Shown: positions 1 to 9,051 of the stretch, piece by piece
How the letters are laid out: every line of letters begins with the position of its first letter
How positions within the stretch are numbered: position 1 is the stretch's first letter
Origin: Salinivirgaceae bacterium
Lineage (GTDB): Bacteria; Bacteroidota; Bacteroidia; Bacteroidales; SZUA-534
Assembly: GCA_016284875.1 (NCBI GenBank)
Contig: JAEEPS010000002.1
Span: 18,363-82,362 of the forward strand
Length of the DNA: 64,000 bases
Direction of reading: 5' to 3'
Made by a program: the position numbers and the translations under genes
The notes under the pieces: model-generated
What the model was told of the DNA's origin: nothing
Databases searched by the model: none
Seen by the model: only the letters and a program-made list of their open reading frames with translations

Positions 1-458
1 AGATTATTGATGTGGCCGTGCATCAGTTTCGCGGGGAAGCAGATGTTGTCGGCCATGATTGAGCGCAGGCCCGACTCGTAGATTTTGTTGCTCGAATTGT
101 TCGACAGCACCACTTCGAGCCCGCAGGCCGAAAACAAGGTGTACCAAAACGGATAATTCTCGTACATTCCCAAAGCACGCGGCAGTCCAATCTTGATTCC
201 CAGCGGTTTACCCACAGGCTCCACCTTCGGCTGACGGAAAAGCAACTTGTACTTCTCCACCATCATATTCACGCCCTTACGCTCTGATTCTGAATGGTTT
301 GAGTATATCTTCTCGCAGTTGTTGCCCGATGCGAACGTGTTGCCGTTCGGAAAGTGGAACAACTTGACGGTGCAGTGGTTGTCGCAGCCAGGACAAGTCT
401 GAAATTCAGACTCATACGAGTTGGCGTCTATCAATTCTGTTAACGATTTATCTGACAT
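1..458 (-). CDS. 2-hydroxyacyl-CoA dehydratase-related protein (activase-associated, DUF2229-like), N-terminal part; gene runs off the window
   Basis: Hand translation of the minus strand from ATG (complement of 456-458) gives MSDKSLTELIDANSYESEFQTCPGCDNHCTVKLFHFPNG... with a Cys cluster. It lies directly downstream of the double-ATPase activase gene. The ORF has no stop inside the window, so it is absent from the ORF track. Confidence 0.55.
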   Translation of the reverse strand, partial: MSDKSLTELIDANSYESEFQTCPGCDNHCTVKLFHFPNGNTFASGNNCEKIYSNHSESERKGVNMMVEKYKLLFRQPKVEPVGKPLGIKIGLPRALGMYENYPFWYTLFSACGLEVVLSNNSSNKIYESGLRSIMADNICFPAKLMHGHINN

Positions 459-464
459 ATTATT

Positions 465-570
465 AATTACGAATTTTGAATTACGAATTACGAATTTGAT
501 TGGTGAATCGGTCAATCGGCGAATTGTCTGTCTTCCAATCGATTATCCGATTATACAATTCACCGATTCA
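465..570. repeat. Heptad-periodic intergenic repeat tract (AATTACG/AATTTTG units, then AATCGG/CACCGATT words)
   Basis: Direct reading gives taattac gaatttt gaattac gaattac gaatttg, followed by gaatcggtcaatcggcgaatt ... ccaatcgattatccgatt ... caattcaccgattca. Strings recur at 12111-12126 and 12140-12154. Confidence 0.8.
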
Positions 571-2352
571 TCATTTTTCCTTGCTCATCTCAATGGCGTG
601 AAGTGCGGCTCCGTAGGCGCCCATCAATTCGGGGATGTCGGTGAACGACACTTCGCAGCCAGTCAGCAGTTCGAGCGCACGCACAATTGAGTGGTTGCGG
701 AACGTTCCGCCCTGAACCACGATATTTTCGCCCAACTCTTTGATATTCTTCAGTTTCAACACCTTGAACAAGCAGTTTTTCACCACCGAATAACTGAAAC
801 CAGCGGCAATGTCCTCAACCGCCGAACCTTCGCGCATGGCCTGCTTCACCTTCGAGTTCATAAACACGGTGCAGCGAGTGCCCAGGTCGCACGGGTGCTG
901 CGCCATGCACGAGAGCCGCGCAAACTCATCAACCTTGTAGCCGAGCATCGTGGCAAACGTCTCAATGAACGACCCGCAGCCCGACGAGCACGCCTCGTTA
1001 ATCTCAATGCGCTTGATGGTGCCGTTCTCAACAAAGATGGCCTTCATGTCCTGACCACCGATGTCGAGCACAAACGACACATCGGGGTTGACGTGCCGCG
1101 CGGCCACAAAATGCGCCATAGTCTCAACAATTCCGTAATCGAGATTGAAGGCCGTGCGCAGCAGATTCTCGCCGTAGCCAGTGGCGCAACTGCCTGCAAT
1201 CACAATGTTATCAGAGTTTGGCAGAGCAGCCTGCATACGCTTCAGCCCGTCGGCGAAGGTGCGGAAACTATCACCATTATTTCGTTGATAATCAGTATAT
1301 ACTATCTCGCCATTGGCGTTGGTAAGTACAATTTTGGTAGTGGTGCTGCCCGAGTCGATGCCCAGATAATATTTGCCTTGCTTGTCGGCTGCGAAATCGG
1401 CTTTCGGCACAAAATTGTTCATCTTGCGCTTGTGCCACACGTCGTAGTCGGCTGTCGACACAAACAACGGGTTGAGCCGTTTCGACAAATCGACAGGCGT
1501 GTCATCGGTCGCAAAACGCAGAATATAAAGGAATTCCGACAGACGCATCTCGCGATGGCCAAGCGAACCAGCCAGCAGAGCACAGCCCAGAGCGGGAATG
1601 ATTTGCGCGTTTTCGGGCAGAATGCAGTCGCCTTCAGTGATGTTGAGCACATGGATGAAATGTTTTTTCAGTTCGGGCAGAAAAGCAAACGGACCGCCGC
1701 AGAAGAACACATCGGGCAGAATGTCCATGCCGCGTGCAAGCGAAGCCACAACCTGCATCGCCACCGCGTTGAACACCGATGCGGCAATATCGCTGCGGCT
1801 CACGTTTCGGCTGATAAGATTCTGAATATCAGTCTTTGAGAACACACCGCACCGCGATGCTATCGGATAGATGGTTTCCGATTTTTCGGCCAGAGCGTTC
1901 AGTTCGTTGGTCTCAACACCGAGCAGCGTGGCCGTTTGGTCGATGAAGGCGCCTGTTCCGCCCGCGCAACTGCCGTTCATGCGGATGTCGGGCACCTTGC
2001 CTTCCTCAAAGAAAATCATCTTGCTGTCCTCGCCGCCCATATCAATAAAGGTGCGCACCTGCGGATAGCGCTGTTTGATGGTTTCGGCGGCGGCCACCAC
2101 CTCCTGAATGAAGCCCAGATTGAGCCTTTCGGCGTAGCCCATTCCCACCGAGCCTGTCATGGCCACATTCAGCCAGCAATCGCCGAACTTGTTGAAAATG
2201 CGCGTGGCCACATGATTGGCCGTCTGCTTGATAGCCGCGTTATGGCGCTGATAATCAGAATAAACCAGTTTCCCGTCGGCGTCGAGCATAGCCACCTTCA
2301 GCGTGGTTGAGCCAATATCGACACCTAAATTATAATGATTCCCCTCTTTCAT
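571..2352 (-). CDS. Double-domain BadF/BadG/BcrA/BcrD-type ATPase (acyl-CoA dehydratase activase-like)
   Basis: 593-aa ORF with two acetate/sugar-kinase-fold ATPase halves, each opening with a phosphate-1 motif ([11 protein letters not shown] and [11 protein letters not shown]). Each half also has a Cys-containing segment ([20 protein letters not shown]). Confidence 0.85.
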   Translation of the reverse strand: MKEGNHYNLGVDIGSTTLKVAMLDADGKLVYSDYQRHNAAIKQTANHVATRIFNKFGDCWLNVAMTGSVGMGYAERLNLGFIQEVVAAAETIKQRYPQVRTFIDMGGEDSKMIFFEEGKVPDIRMNGSCAGGTGAFIDQTATLLGVETNELNALAEKSETIYPIASRCGVFSKTDIQNLISRNVSRSDIAASVFNAVAMQVVASLARGMDILPDVFFCGGPFAFLPELKKHFIHVLNITEGDCILPENAQIIPALGCALLAGSLGHREMRLSEFLYILRFATDDTPVDLSKRLNPLFVSTADYDVWHKRKMNNFVPKADFAADKQGKYYLGIDSGSTTTKIVLTNANGEIVYTDYQRNNGDSFRTFADGLKRMQAALPNSDNIVIAGSCATGYGENLLRTAFNLDYGIVETMAHFVAARHVNPDVSFVLDIGGQDMKAIFVENGTIKRIEINEACSSGCGSFIETFATMLGYKVDEFARLSCMAQHPCDLGTRCTVFMNSKVKQAMREGSAVEDIAAGFSYSVVKNCLFKVLKLKNIKELGENIVVQGGTFRNHSIVRALELLTGCEVSFTDIPELMGAYGAALHAIEMSKEK

Positions 2353-2504
2353 TGAATATAATAGAGTTATTTAATAGACTTATTAAAAACGGTGCGAATA
2401 TACAGTGTTTTTTGGTTTCAGCCCGATTTGAGAAGAAATTTATCCGTAAGATTGAAAATCCGAATAGAAAAAATCCTTACTAAATAACGGATAAATCACT
2501 AAAA

Positions 2505-2532
2505 CAAAAAAGCCCAGCGTCACCGCCGGGCT
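2505..2532 (-). terminator. Rho-independent terminator downstream of the PFOR gene
   Basis: AGCCCAGCG-tcac-CGCCGGGCT forms a 9-bp stem; the single mismatch is a G-U wobble on the minus-strand RNA. The A-run at 2505-2510 becomes a U-run on the minus transcript. It starts 23 nt past the stop at 2555. Confidence 0.7.
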
Positions 2533-2554
2533 TTTTCACTATCTCAAGCAGATG

Positions 2555-5500
2555 TTATTCTGCCGAATAATCCATCTTAGTCATTCTAACATAACTTTGG
2601 TAGCGCAGTTTGGCCATTTCTTGGCAGGCGCTGAAGAGTTCGTCGGCCTCGTTCGGGAACATTTTCTTAACTGAGTTGAAGCGAACCTCACCCATAAGAT
2701 ATTCTTGGAACTTCGACCAATCAGGCTCTTTCGAGTCGAGAATGAACGGATTCTTGCCTTCCTTAGCCAAATCGGGGTTGAAACGCCACAGATGCCAGTA
2801 GCCGCACTCAACGGCCTTAGCCTCCTCGGCCTGACTCTTGCCCATACCAGCCTTCAAACCGTGGTTGATGCAAGGTGCGTAAGCAATCACGATTGATGGT
2901 CCGTGGTAAGCCTCGGCCTCTTTCAAAGCCTTCAGCGTTTGTGCTTGGTCGGCACCCATAGCAATCTGTGCCACATAAACATAGCCGTAGGTGGTGGCAA
3001 TCATACCAAGGTCTTTCTTGCGAACGCGTTTTCCGCTTGCGGCGAATTTGGCGATTGCACCCAGCGGTGTAGCCTTCGACGACTGACCGCCAGTGTTCGA
3101 ATATACCTCAGTATCAATTACAAAGATGTTTACGTCCTCGCCCGAAGCAATCACGTGGTCGAGACCGCCGTAACCAATGTCGTACGAAGCACCGTCGCCA
3201 CCGATAATCCACTGCGAACGTTTTACCAGGTGGTCTTTGTAGGTCAGGATGTTCTTGCAGGTGTCGCAGCCGCAAGCCTCGCAGGCGGCAACAATCTTCG
3301 GTGCCAGAGCCTTTGTGGCGGCAGCGTCCTCTTGTTTCTCAATCCACTCGCGGAACAGAGCCTTCATATCGTCGGTGCAGCAGGTGCACTCTTGAGCCTC
3401 GGTCATAAGGCGGGTCAGACGCTGTTTCATTTTCTTGTTGGCGATTTCCATACCAAGACCGAACTCGCAGAAGTCCTCGAACAGTGAGTTGGCCCAGGCT
3501 GGACCTTGTCCTTTGGCGTTCTTTGTGTACGGTGTCGATGGAACAGAGCCCGAATAGATTGACGAGCAACCAGTTGCGTTGGCCACAATCTCGCGGTCGC
3601 CGAACAGTTGCGAAATCAACTTAACGTATGGTGTCTCGCCGCAACCTGCGCAAGCACCCGAGAATTCGAACAGCGGTGTTGCAAACTGCGAGTTCTTCAC
3701 ATTGGCTGTGATGTCGATAAGGTCTTGTTTCGACGATACCTTCTCAACGCAGTAGTTCCAGTTGGCAGCCTCTTTTGCGGCTTCGGCCGAAGTGTCGTCG
3801 TAAGCCACCATTTTGAGAGCGGGGCCGCCCTTCTTCGGATTGCCAGGGCAGACGTCGGCGCAGTTGCCGCAAGCCAAGCAGTCTTTAACACCCACTTGCA
3901 TTGTGAAGTACATTCCCTTGAACTGTGGTCCGAGTGCCGGAATGGTGTCGCCACCGAAGCCTGCCTTCTCGTCCTCGGTCATTACAAACGGACGGATGCA
4001 AGCGTGCGGGCAGACGTATGCGCACTTGTTACACTGAATACAATTCTCTGAATTCCAAACAGGTACGAAAGCACCAACGCCGCGTTTCTCGAATTTGGCA
4101 GTTCCTGCGGCCCAAGTACCGTCCTCAATACCCTTGAACGACGAAACAGGCAGCAAATCGCCGTCTTGTGCGTTGATTGGGCGGACAACCTTGTTGATGA
4201 AGTCGTCGCCGTCGGTGTAAACCTTCGGTTGGTCTTGCAGATTAGCCCAAGCCTTGTCAACAGCCAGTTCCTTGTACTCGCCGCCGCGGTCAACAGCAGC
4301 GTAGTTCTTGTTCACAACGTCCTCGCCCTTCTTGCCGTACGATTTCACAATGAAGTGCTTCATTTCCTCAACAGCCTTGTCAACTGCAATCACGCCTGTG
4401 ATGCGGAAGAATGCCGACTGAAGAATAGTGTTGGTGCGGTTTCCAAGACCGATTTCCTGTGCAATCTTGGTTGCGTTGATGTAGTAAACCTTGATGTCGT
4501 TCTTTGCGAAGTAAGCCTTCACCTTGTTCGGGATGTTGGCGATGAGTTCGTCGCCTTCCCAGATGGTGTTCAGCAGGAACGTACCGCCTTTCTGCAGGCC
4601 GCGAGTAACGTCGTACATATTCAGATAAGCCTGCTGATGGCAAGCAACGAAGTTCGGTGTTGTAACCAGATATGTAGAGCGGATTGGCTCGTCGCCGAAG
4701 CGAAGGTGCGAGCAGGTGAAGCCGCCCGATTTCTTCGAGTCGTACGAGAAGTATGCTTGGCAATATTTATTGGTAGTCTCGCCGATAATCTTAACCGAGT
4801 TCTTGTTTGCACCCACGGTACCGTCGGCGCCAAGGCCGTAGAATTTGGCTTGGAACTGACCAGCGGGAGCAACCGAAACCTCTTCGCCGACAGGCAGCGA
4901 AGTGAAGGTAACGTCGTCGGTGATACCCAGAGTGAAGTGGTTCTTCGGGGTGTTCATAGCCAGGTTGTCGTAAACGGCGATGATTTGCGCAGGTGTGGTG
5001 TCGTTCGAACCCAGACCGTAGCGGCCGCCGACAACTTCGATTTTCGAAATCAGGCCAAGTTCGGTCAGAGCGTCAACAACGTCAAGGAACAGCGGCTCGC
5101 TGTTTGCGCCAGGCTCTTTGGTGCGGTCGAGAACGCAGATGCGTTTGCACGATGCGGGGATGGCCTCTTTCAAATATTTGAGTGAGAACGGACGATACAG
5201 GTGAACGGCAATCATACCAACCTTCTCGCCTGCTGCAACTTTCTTATCCACAACCTCTTTGATGCACTCGGTGACAGAGCCCATAGCCACAATCACGTTG
5301 GTAGCGTCTTTGGCGCCGTAGTAGTCGAACGGACGGTGTTTGCGGCCAGTGATGGCGCTGATTTTGTCCATATAGTCGGCCACAATGTCAGGCACAGCGT
5401 TGTAGTACGGGTTGCACGACTCGCGGTGAGCGAAGAACACGTCGGGGTTCTCAGCCATACCGCGCATTTCAGGACGCTCAGGCGACAAAGCGCGCTCGCG

Positions 5501-6115
5501 GAAAGCCTTAACTGCGTCCCAGTCAACCAGTTCCTTCAGGTCGTCCTGCTCGACAACCTCAATTTTCTGATACTCGTGCGATGTGCGGAAACCGTCGAAG
5601 AAATTCAGGAACGGAACACGGCTCTTTAGTGTTGCCAAGTGAGCCACACCAGCCAAATCCATAACTTCCTGAACCGAACCCTCGGCCAGCATTGCAAAGC
5701 CAGTCTGACGGCAGGCCATTACGTCCTGATGGTCGCCGAAGATGCAGAGTGCGTGCGAAGCCAGCGTACGAGCCGAAACGTGGAACACTGTCGGGATAAG
5801 TTCGCCAGCGATTTTGTACATATTCGGAATCATAAGCAGAAGGCCCTGCGAAGCGGTGAAAGTGGTTGTGAGCGCACCTGCCTGCAACGAGCCGTGAACA
5901 GCACCTGCTGCACCGCCTTCCGACTGCATTTCCTGAACTAAAACTGTCTCGCCGAAGATGTTCTTTCGGCCTTGAGCTGCCCATTCGTCAACGTTTTCTG
6001 CCATTGGCGAAGATGGTGTGATTGGGTAAATGGCTGCAACCTCAGAGAACATATACGCGATATGCGCTGCGGCCTGATTACCATCACAAGTGATAAACTT
6101 TTTCTCTTTTGCCAT
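2555..6115 (-). CDS. nifJ: Pyruvate:ferredoxin (flavodoxin) oxidoreductase
   Basis: 1186-aa single-chain PFOR architecture. It has two ferredoxin-type clusters (CIQCNKCAYVCP, CLACGNCADVCP) and a TPP-binding segment GGDGASYDIGYGGLDH. Confidence 0.95.
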   Translation of the reverse strand: MAKEKKFITCDGNQAAAHIAYMFSEVAAIYPITPSSPMAENVDEWAAQGRKNIFGETVLVQEMQSEGGAAGAVHGSLQAGALTTTFTASQGLLLMIPNMYKIAGELIPTVFHVSARTLASHALCIFGDHQDVMACRQTGFAMLAEGSVQEVMDLAGVAHLATLKSRVPFLNFFDGFRTSHEYQKIEVVEQDDLKELVDWDAVKAFRERALSPERPEMRGMAENPDVFFAHRESCNPYYNAVPDIVADYMDKISAITGRKHRPFDYYGAKDATNVIVAMGSVTECIKEVVDKKVAAGEKVGMIAVHLYRPFSLKYLKEAIPASCKRICVLDRTKEPGANSEPLFLDVVDALTELGLISKIEVVGGRYGLGSNDTTPAQIIAVYDNLAMNTPKNHFTLGITDDVTFTSLPVGEEVSVAPAGQFQAKFYGLGADGTVGANKNSVKIIGETTNKYCQAYFSYDSKKSGGFTCSHLRFGDEPIRSTYLVTTPNFVACHQQAYLNMYDVTRGLQKGGTFLLNTIWEGDELIANIPNKVKAYFAKNDIKVYYINATKIAQEIGLGNRTNTILQSAFFRITGVIAVDKAVEEMKHFIVKSYGKKGEDVVNKNYAAVDRGGEYKELAVDKAWANLQDQPKVYTDGDDFINKVVRPINAQDGDLLPVSSFKGIEDGTWAAGTAKFEKRGVGAFVPVWNSENCIQCNKCAYVCPHACIRPFVMTEDEKAGFGGDTIPALGPQFKGMYFTMQVGVKDCLACGNCADVCPGNPKKGGPALKMVAYDDTSAEAAKEAANWNYCVEKVSSKQDLIDITANVKNSQFATPLFEFSGACAGCGETPYVKLISQLFGDREIVANATGCSSIYSGSVPSTPYTKNAKGQGPAWANSLFEDFCEFGLGMEIANKKMKQRLTRLMTEAQECTCCTDDMKALFREWIEKQEDAAATKALAPKIVAACEACGCDTCKNILTYKDHLVKRSQWIIGGDGASYDIGYGGLDHVIASGEDVNIFVIDTEVYSNTGGQSSKATPLGAIAKFAASGKRVRKKDLGMIATTYGYVYVAQIAMGADQAQTLKALKEAEAYHGPSIVIAYAPCINHGLKAGMGKSQAEEAKAVECGYWHLWRFNPDLAKEGKNPFILDSKEPDWSKFQEYLMGEVRFNSVKKMFPNEADELFSACQEMAKLRYQSYVRMTKMDYSAE

Positions 6116-6311
6116 CTTGTTTGTATTTAAATTAAAGTGTTATAAATGAGTATCTTAATAACTATCAATCAAAGTTTTGGCCGTTTCGCTATGGTCCACG
6201 GCACGCAAGCGCAAAACTAATAATTAGTTTGGCTGCGACTGAAAAAAATCGGTGATAAATTCTTGTTTTTTTTTGCGAGCGGAAAGCCGACAGCAGAGCC
6301 TAACGGATTTT

Positions 6312-7451
6312 TCAGCCGTTTTTCTGCAGATAGTCAGCAATGCGGTCGAGCGCTCTCGCGATGTTTTCGAGCGAATTGGCGTACGAAAAGCGGATGAAAC
6401 CTTCGCCGTTCGAGCCAAAATCGGTGCCAGGCGTAACGCCAACGTGGGCTTTTTCAAGAATGTCGAAGGCGAACTTGTATGAATCGGTCGTGAAACGGCT
6501 GGCGTCGGCAAAGATGTAGAAGGCGCCCTGCGGCTCAGTGTGAATGGTGAAGCCCATCTGCCGCAAACGGCCAATCATATATGTGCGGCGCTCGTTGTAG
6601 GTTTGGCGCATTGCAACCACATCGGCGTCGGCACTCTGCAAGGCGGCAATTCCCGCATACTGAGCCAGCGACGGGGCGCAAATGAAAAGGTTTTGCTGCA
6701 GAATCTGCAAACTACGCATATATTGCTGTGGCGCAATCAGATAACCTAGACGTAAGCCCGTCATTGCAAAGCGTTTGCTGAATCCGTTGAGAATGAAAGC
6801 ATTGCTGGTAAACTCAAGCATCGAGTGCGCCCGTCCCTCATAGACAAGGCCGTGGTAAATCTCGTCGGAAAGAATCGGCACATCCAACTTTGCCAACTCT
6901 GCCATCACATTGGGACTCAGCAATGTACCAGTGGGATTCATTGGCGAGTTGATGAATATGGCGCGTGTTTTAGGCGTGATGGCCCGCTTAACAGCCTCAA
7001 CATCAAACTGAAAACCGTCTTCCGCCTTGAGCGAAACCTCGACAGGCACACCACCGCACGCCAAAATGAAATTGCTGTAGCAGGCATAGCCAGGATTGGA
7101 AACAATAACCTCTCCCCCAGCCTCGCATAAAACCATCAGTGCCAGCAGGATGGCTGGCGACGAACCACTGGTCACAACAATGCAATCGGGATTGACACTG
7201 ACACCGTATTCCCGCCTGTGAAAATCGGCAATTGCCTGACGCAGAGCAAAATCACCCAACGAATGAGTATAATGCGTTTTCGACTTTTGCAGAGCCTCAA
7301 CCGTTGCCTGCGACACGCAATCTGGCATATCGAAATCGGGCTCGCCAACCTCAAGATGAATCACATCAACGCCTTGACGCTGCAACTCGTTGGCGCGCTC
7401 GAGCACTTCCATCACAATGAATGGCGACATTTTTTCAACTTGCGGATTCAT
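6312..7451 (-). CDS. Pyridoxal-phosphate-dependent aminotransferase, class I/II (aspartate/aromatic type)
   Basis: 379 aa with the fold-type I signature around the PLP lysine (NGFSKRFAMTGLRLGY) and an N-terminal ...VIHLEVGEPDFDMP segment. Confidence 0.85.
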   Translation of the reverse strand: MNPQVEKMSPFIVMEVLERANELQRQGVDVIHLEVGEPDFDMPDCVSQATVEALQKSKTHYTHSLGDFALRQAIADFHRREYGVSVNPDCIVVTSGSSPAILLALMVLCEAGGEVIVSNPGYACYSNFILACGGVPVEVSLKAEDGFQFDVEAVKRAITPKTRAIFINSPMNPTGTLLSPNVMAELAKLDVPILSDEIYHGLVYEGRAHSMLEFTSNAFILNGFSKRFAMTGLRLGYLIAPQQYMRSLQILQQNLFICAPSLAQYAGIAALQSADADVVAMRQTYNERRTYMIGRLRQMGFTIHTEPQGAFYIFADASRFTTDSYKFAFDILEKAHVGVTPGTDFGSNGEGFIRFSYANSLENIARALDRIADYLQKNG

Positions 7452-7453
7452 TT

Positions 7454-7497
7454 GAAGTTTTAAGTTCTTAAAGTTTTAAGTTACAAGGTACAAGTCA
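7454..7497. repeat. Heptad-periodic intergenic repeat (AAGTTnn units)
   Basis: gaagttt taagttc ttaaagttt taagtta caaggta caagtc. The reverse complement contains ccttgtaacttaaaactt, closely matching ccttgtaactttaaactt at about 40729-40746. Confidence 0.7.
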
Positions 7498-7537
7498 TTG
7501 AAACCTACACTCAACCGGTTTCCTTTTATCTGAATTA

Positions 7538-9040
7538 TCACTTTTTAGCCGGTTGGGTAGCACCTGACAGTGCGTCAATATTGACTGACGGGTCTGCGTT
7601 GACTTGAACCGGGTCGGCTTTGATGGCATCACGCCATTGGATTGGCGTTGTTGGAACTTCACCAGTAATGAAATCGGTGTTGTTATAGTTCAACGTGAAA
7701 TCGTCGTAGAAATCAGGGTCCTCCTGTGGCAAAAGGAAACGTTTCGAGAAGTTGCCATTGCCGTCGAAATGAGCGAAATATGGCTTGGTGAACATTCCGT
7801 CGGGCCATTTGCTGCCAACAACAAGCCAATGCCCATTGTGCGACCATCCGTGATTACTCTCAGAACAACTGCTATTGATTCCTCTTGGAGTAGTTATTTC
7901 GTTGGTTTTCAAGTCAAGCAAGCGGATGTCGGCCTCTCTGTTATAAGGAGTGAAATAACCTCGATTGGCGAATGTAAAAGCAATGTACCGACCATCAGGC
8001 GAAACTTTCGGGAAGGTAACACTGCCACCTAAATCGCTTGCACGAAGAACGGTATCGGCTGTTCCCCACGAGTTTGTGGCTTCATCATAGGTTATTCGCA
8101 ACAAACTGTACCAATAGTCGGTATCAAAACCCTTCTCTCCTTTTCGTTGCGGCGCACTTATATAATATAATGTGCGGCCATCTGGTGCCCACGCCGGCAA
8201 GTTTTCCATATCTTTGGTCGACAACTGCGGACAAGTGGTCAGCGTCTGAGTCTTCATGTTCAGCAGCACTATGTCTGATTTTGAATCAGATACGTAAATA
8301 CGCTTCCTATAATCATTGTGGAACTGCTGGCTTATCAAGTTAGTTGACATTGCAATCAAGTAGCCGTTCGGATTCCACGACGGATAGACTCCAGCCGACA
8401 TTGAAATATCGGTTTTTGTGTTGTATTTCTGCAATTTACCATCATACAATATGGTTGCACCACCATTAAATTTTCTGGTATGAAGCAACATTGTGTTCGG
8501 ATTTTGCGCGCTGAACGAATGGCAGTTCATGCAAGCATAATCAACTGACTGGTTCTCAATTATAGGCTTCTGGTTAAAGTTTTCAAGACAACGCTGGTAG
8601 ATACCCATCTTGTCCCAAAGCACATAGCCTGTATTAATTAGACGGTAGGCTATGTGCGAATCTATACTGTCGGGCGACACAAACTGCCAAAATGGAGCAC
8701 AACGTACTGCCTGCCCGAGCGTATCGATAATTGTTGCTGTATAAAACAACGTATCGTTCACGTTGTCTGCCAACATTTTATGCCATTTACGCTCATTGCA
8801 AATGAATTTTCCATCCTTGCATTTGTATTTGTAAGTCCCATTTTTACCTCGAACCTCAACCTCAAGAAGGTCGTTAAAAATACTAACCTTAAAGTTGAGC
8901 GGTGAAATATTAACTGGGATTACAATATTGGTGTAATCAGGATAGATGAATGGCTGACTGTCGATGCTTGGACAATCATCATACGAATGTGAGCAAGAAA
9001 ACAGTAACGTTATAAGTGCTGCGTATAATATCTTTTTCAT
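7538..9040 (-). CDS. Lipoprotein with TolB-like (PD40) beta-propeller repeats and a single CXXCH motif
   Basis: Lipobox LLFSC near the N-terminus. PD40-like blades are visible (PSWNPNGYLIAMS, PAWAPDGRTLYYIS, VSPDGRYIAFTF, GWSHNGHWLVVGS). The motif YACMNCHSF contains CXXCH. Confidence 0.6.
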   Translation of the reverse strand: MKKILYAALITLLFSCSHSYDDCPSIDSQPFIYPDYTNIVIPVNISPLNFKVSIFNDLLEVEVRGKNGTYKYKCKDGKFICNERKWHKMLADNVNDTLFYTATIIDTLGQAVRCAPFWQFVSPDSIDSHIAYRLINTGYVLWDKMGIYQRCLENFNQKPIIENQSVDYACMNCHSFSAQNPNTMLLHTRKFNGGATILYDGKLQKYNTKTDISMSAGVYPSWNPNGYLIAMSTNLISQQFHNDYRKRIYVSDSKSDIVLLNMKTQTLTTCPQLSTKDMENLPAWAPDGRTLYYISAPQRKGEKGFDTDYWYSLLRITYDEATNSWGTADTVLRASDLGGSVTFPKVSPDGRYIAFTFANRGYFTPYNREADIRLLDLKTNEITTPRGINSSCSESNHGWSHNGHWLVVGSKWPDGMFTKPYFAHFDGNGNFSKRFLLPQEDPDFYDDFTLNYNNTDFITGEVPTTPIQWRDAIKADPVQVNADPSVNIDALSGATQPAKK

Positions 9041-9051
9041 ATCTAACTTTT

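Noticed and set aside
691-1839. 382-aa plus-strand ORF, and several shorter ones, overlapping the activase gene
   Set aside because: It is antisense to a gene with clear ATPase motifs. The translation is Arg/Ala/His-rich with no recognisable motif, as expected for a shadow ORF in GC-rich coding DNA.
2903-5629. Multiple plus-strand ORFs (194, 147, 339 and 142 aa, among others) inside the PFOR gene
   Set aside because: All are antisense or off-frame to an unambiguous 1186-aa PFOR, and none shows a signal or conserved motif.
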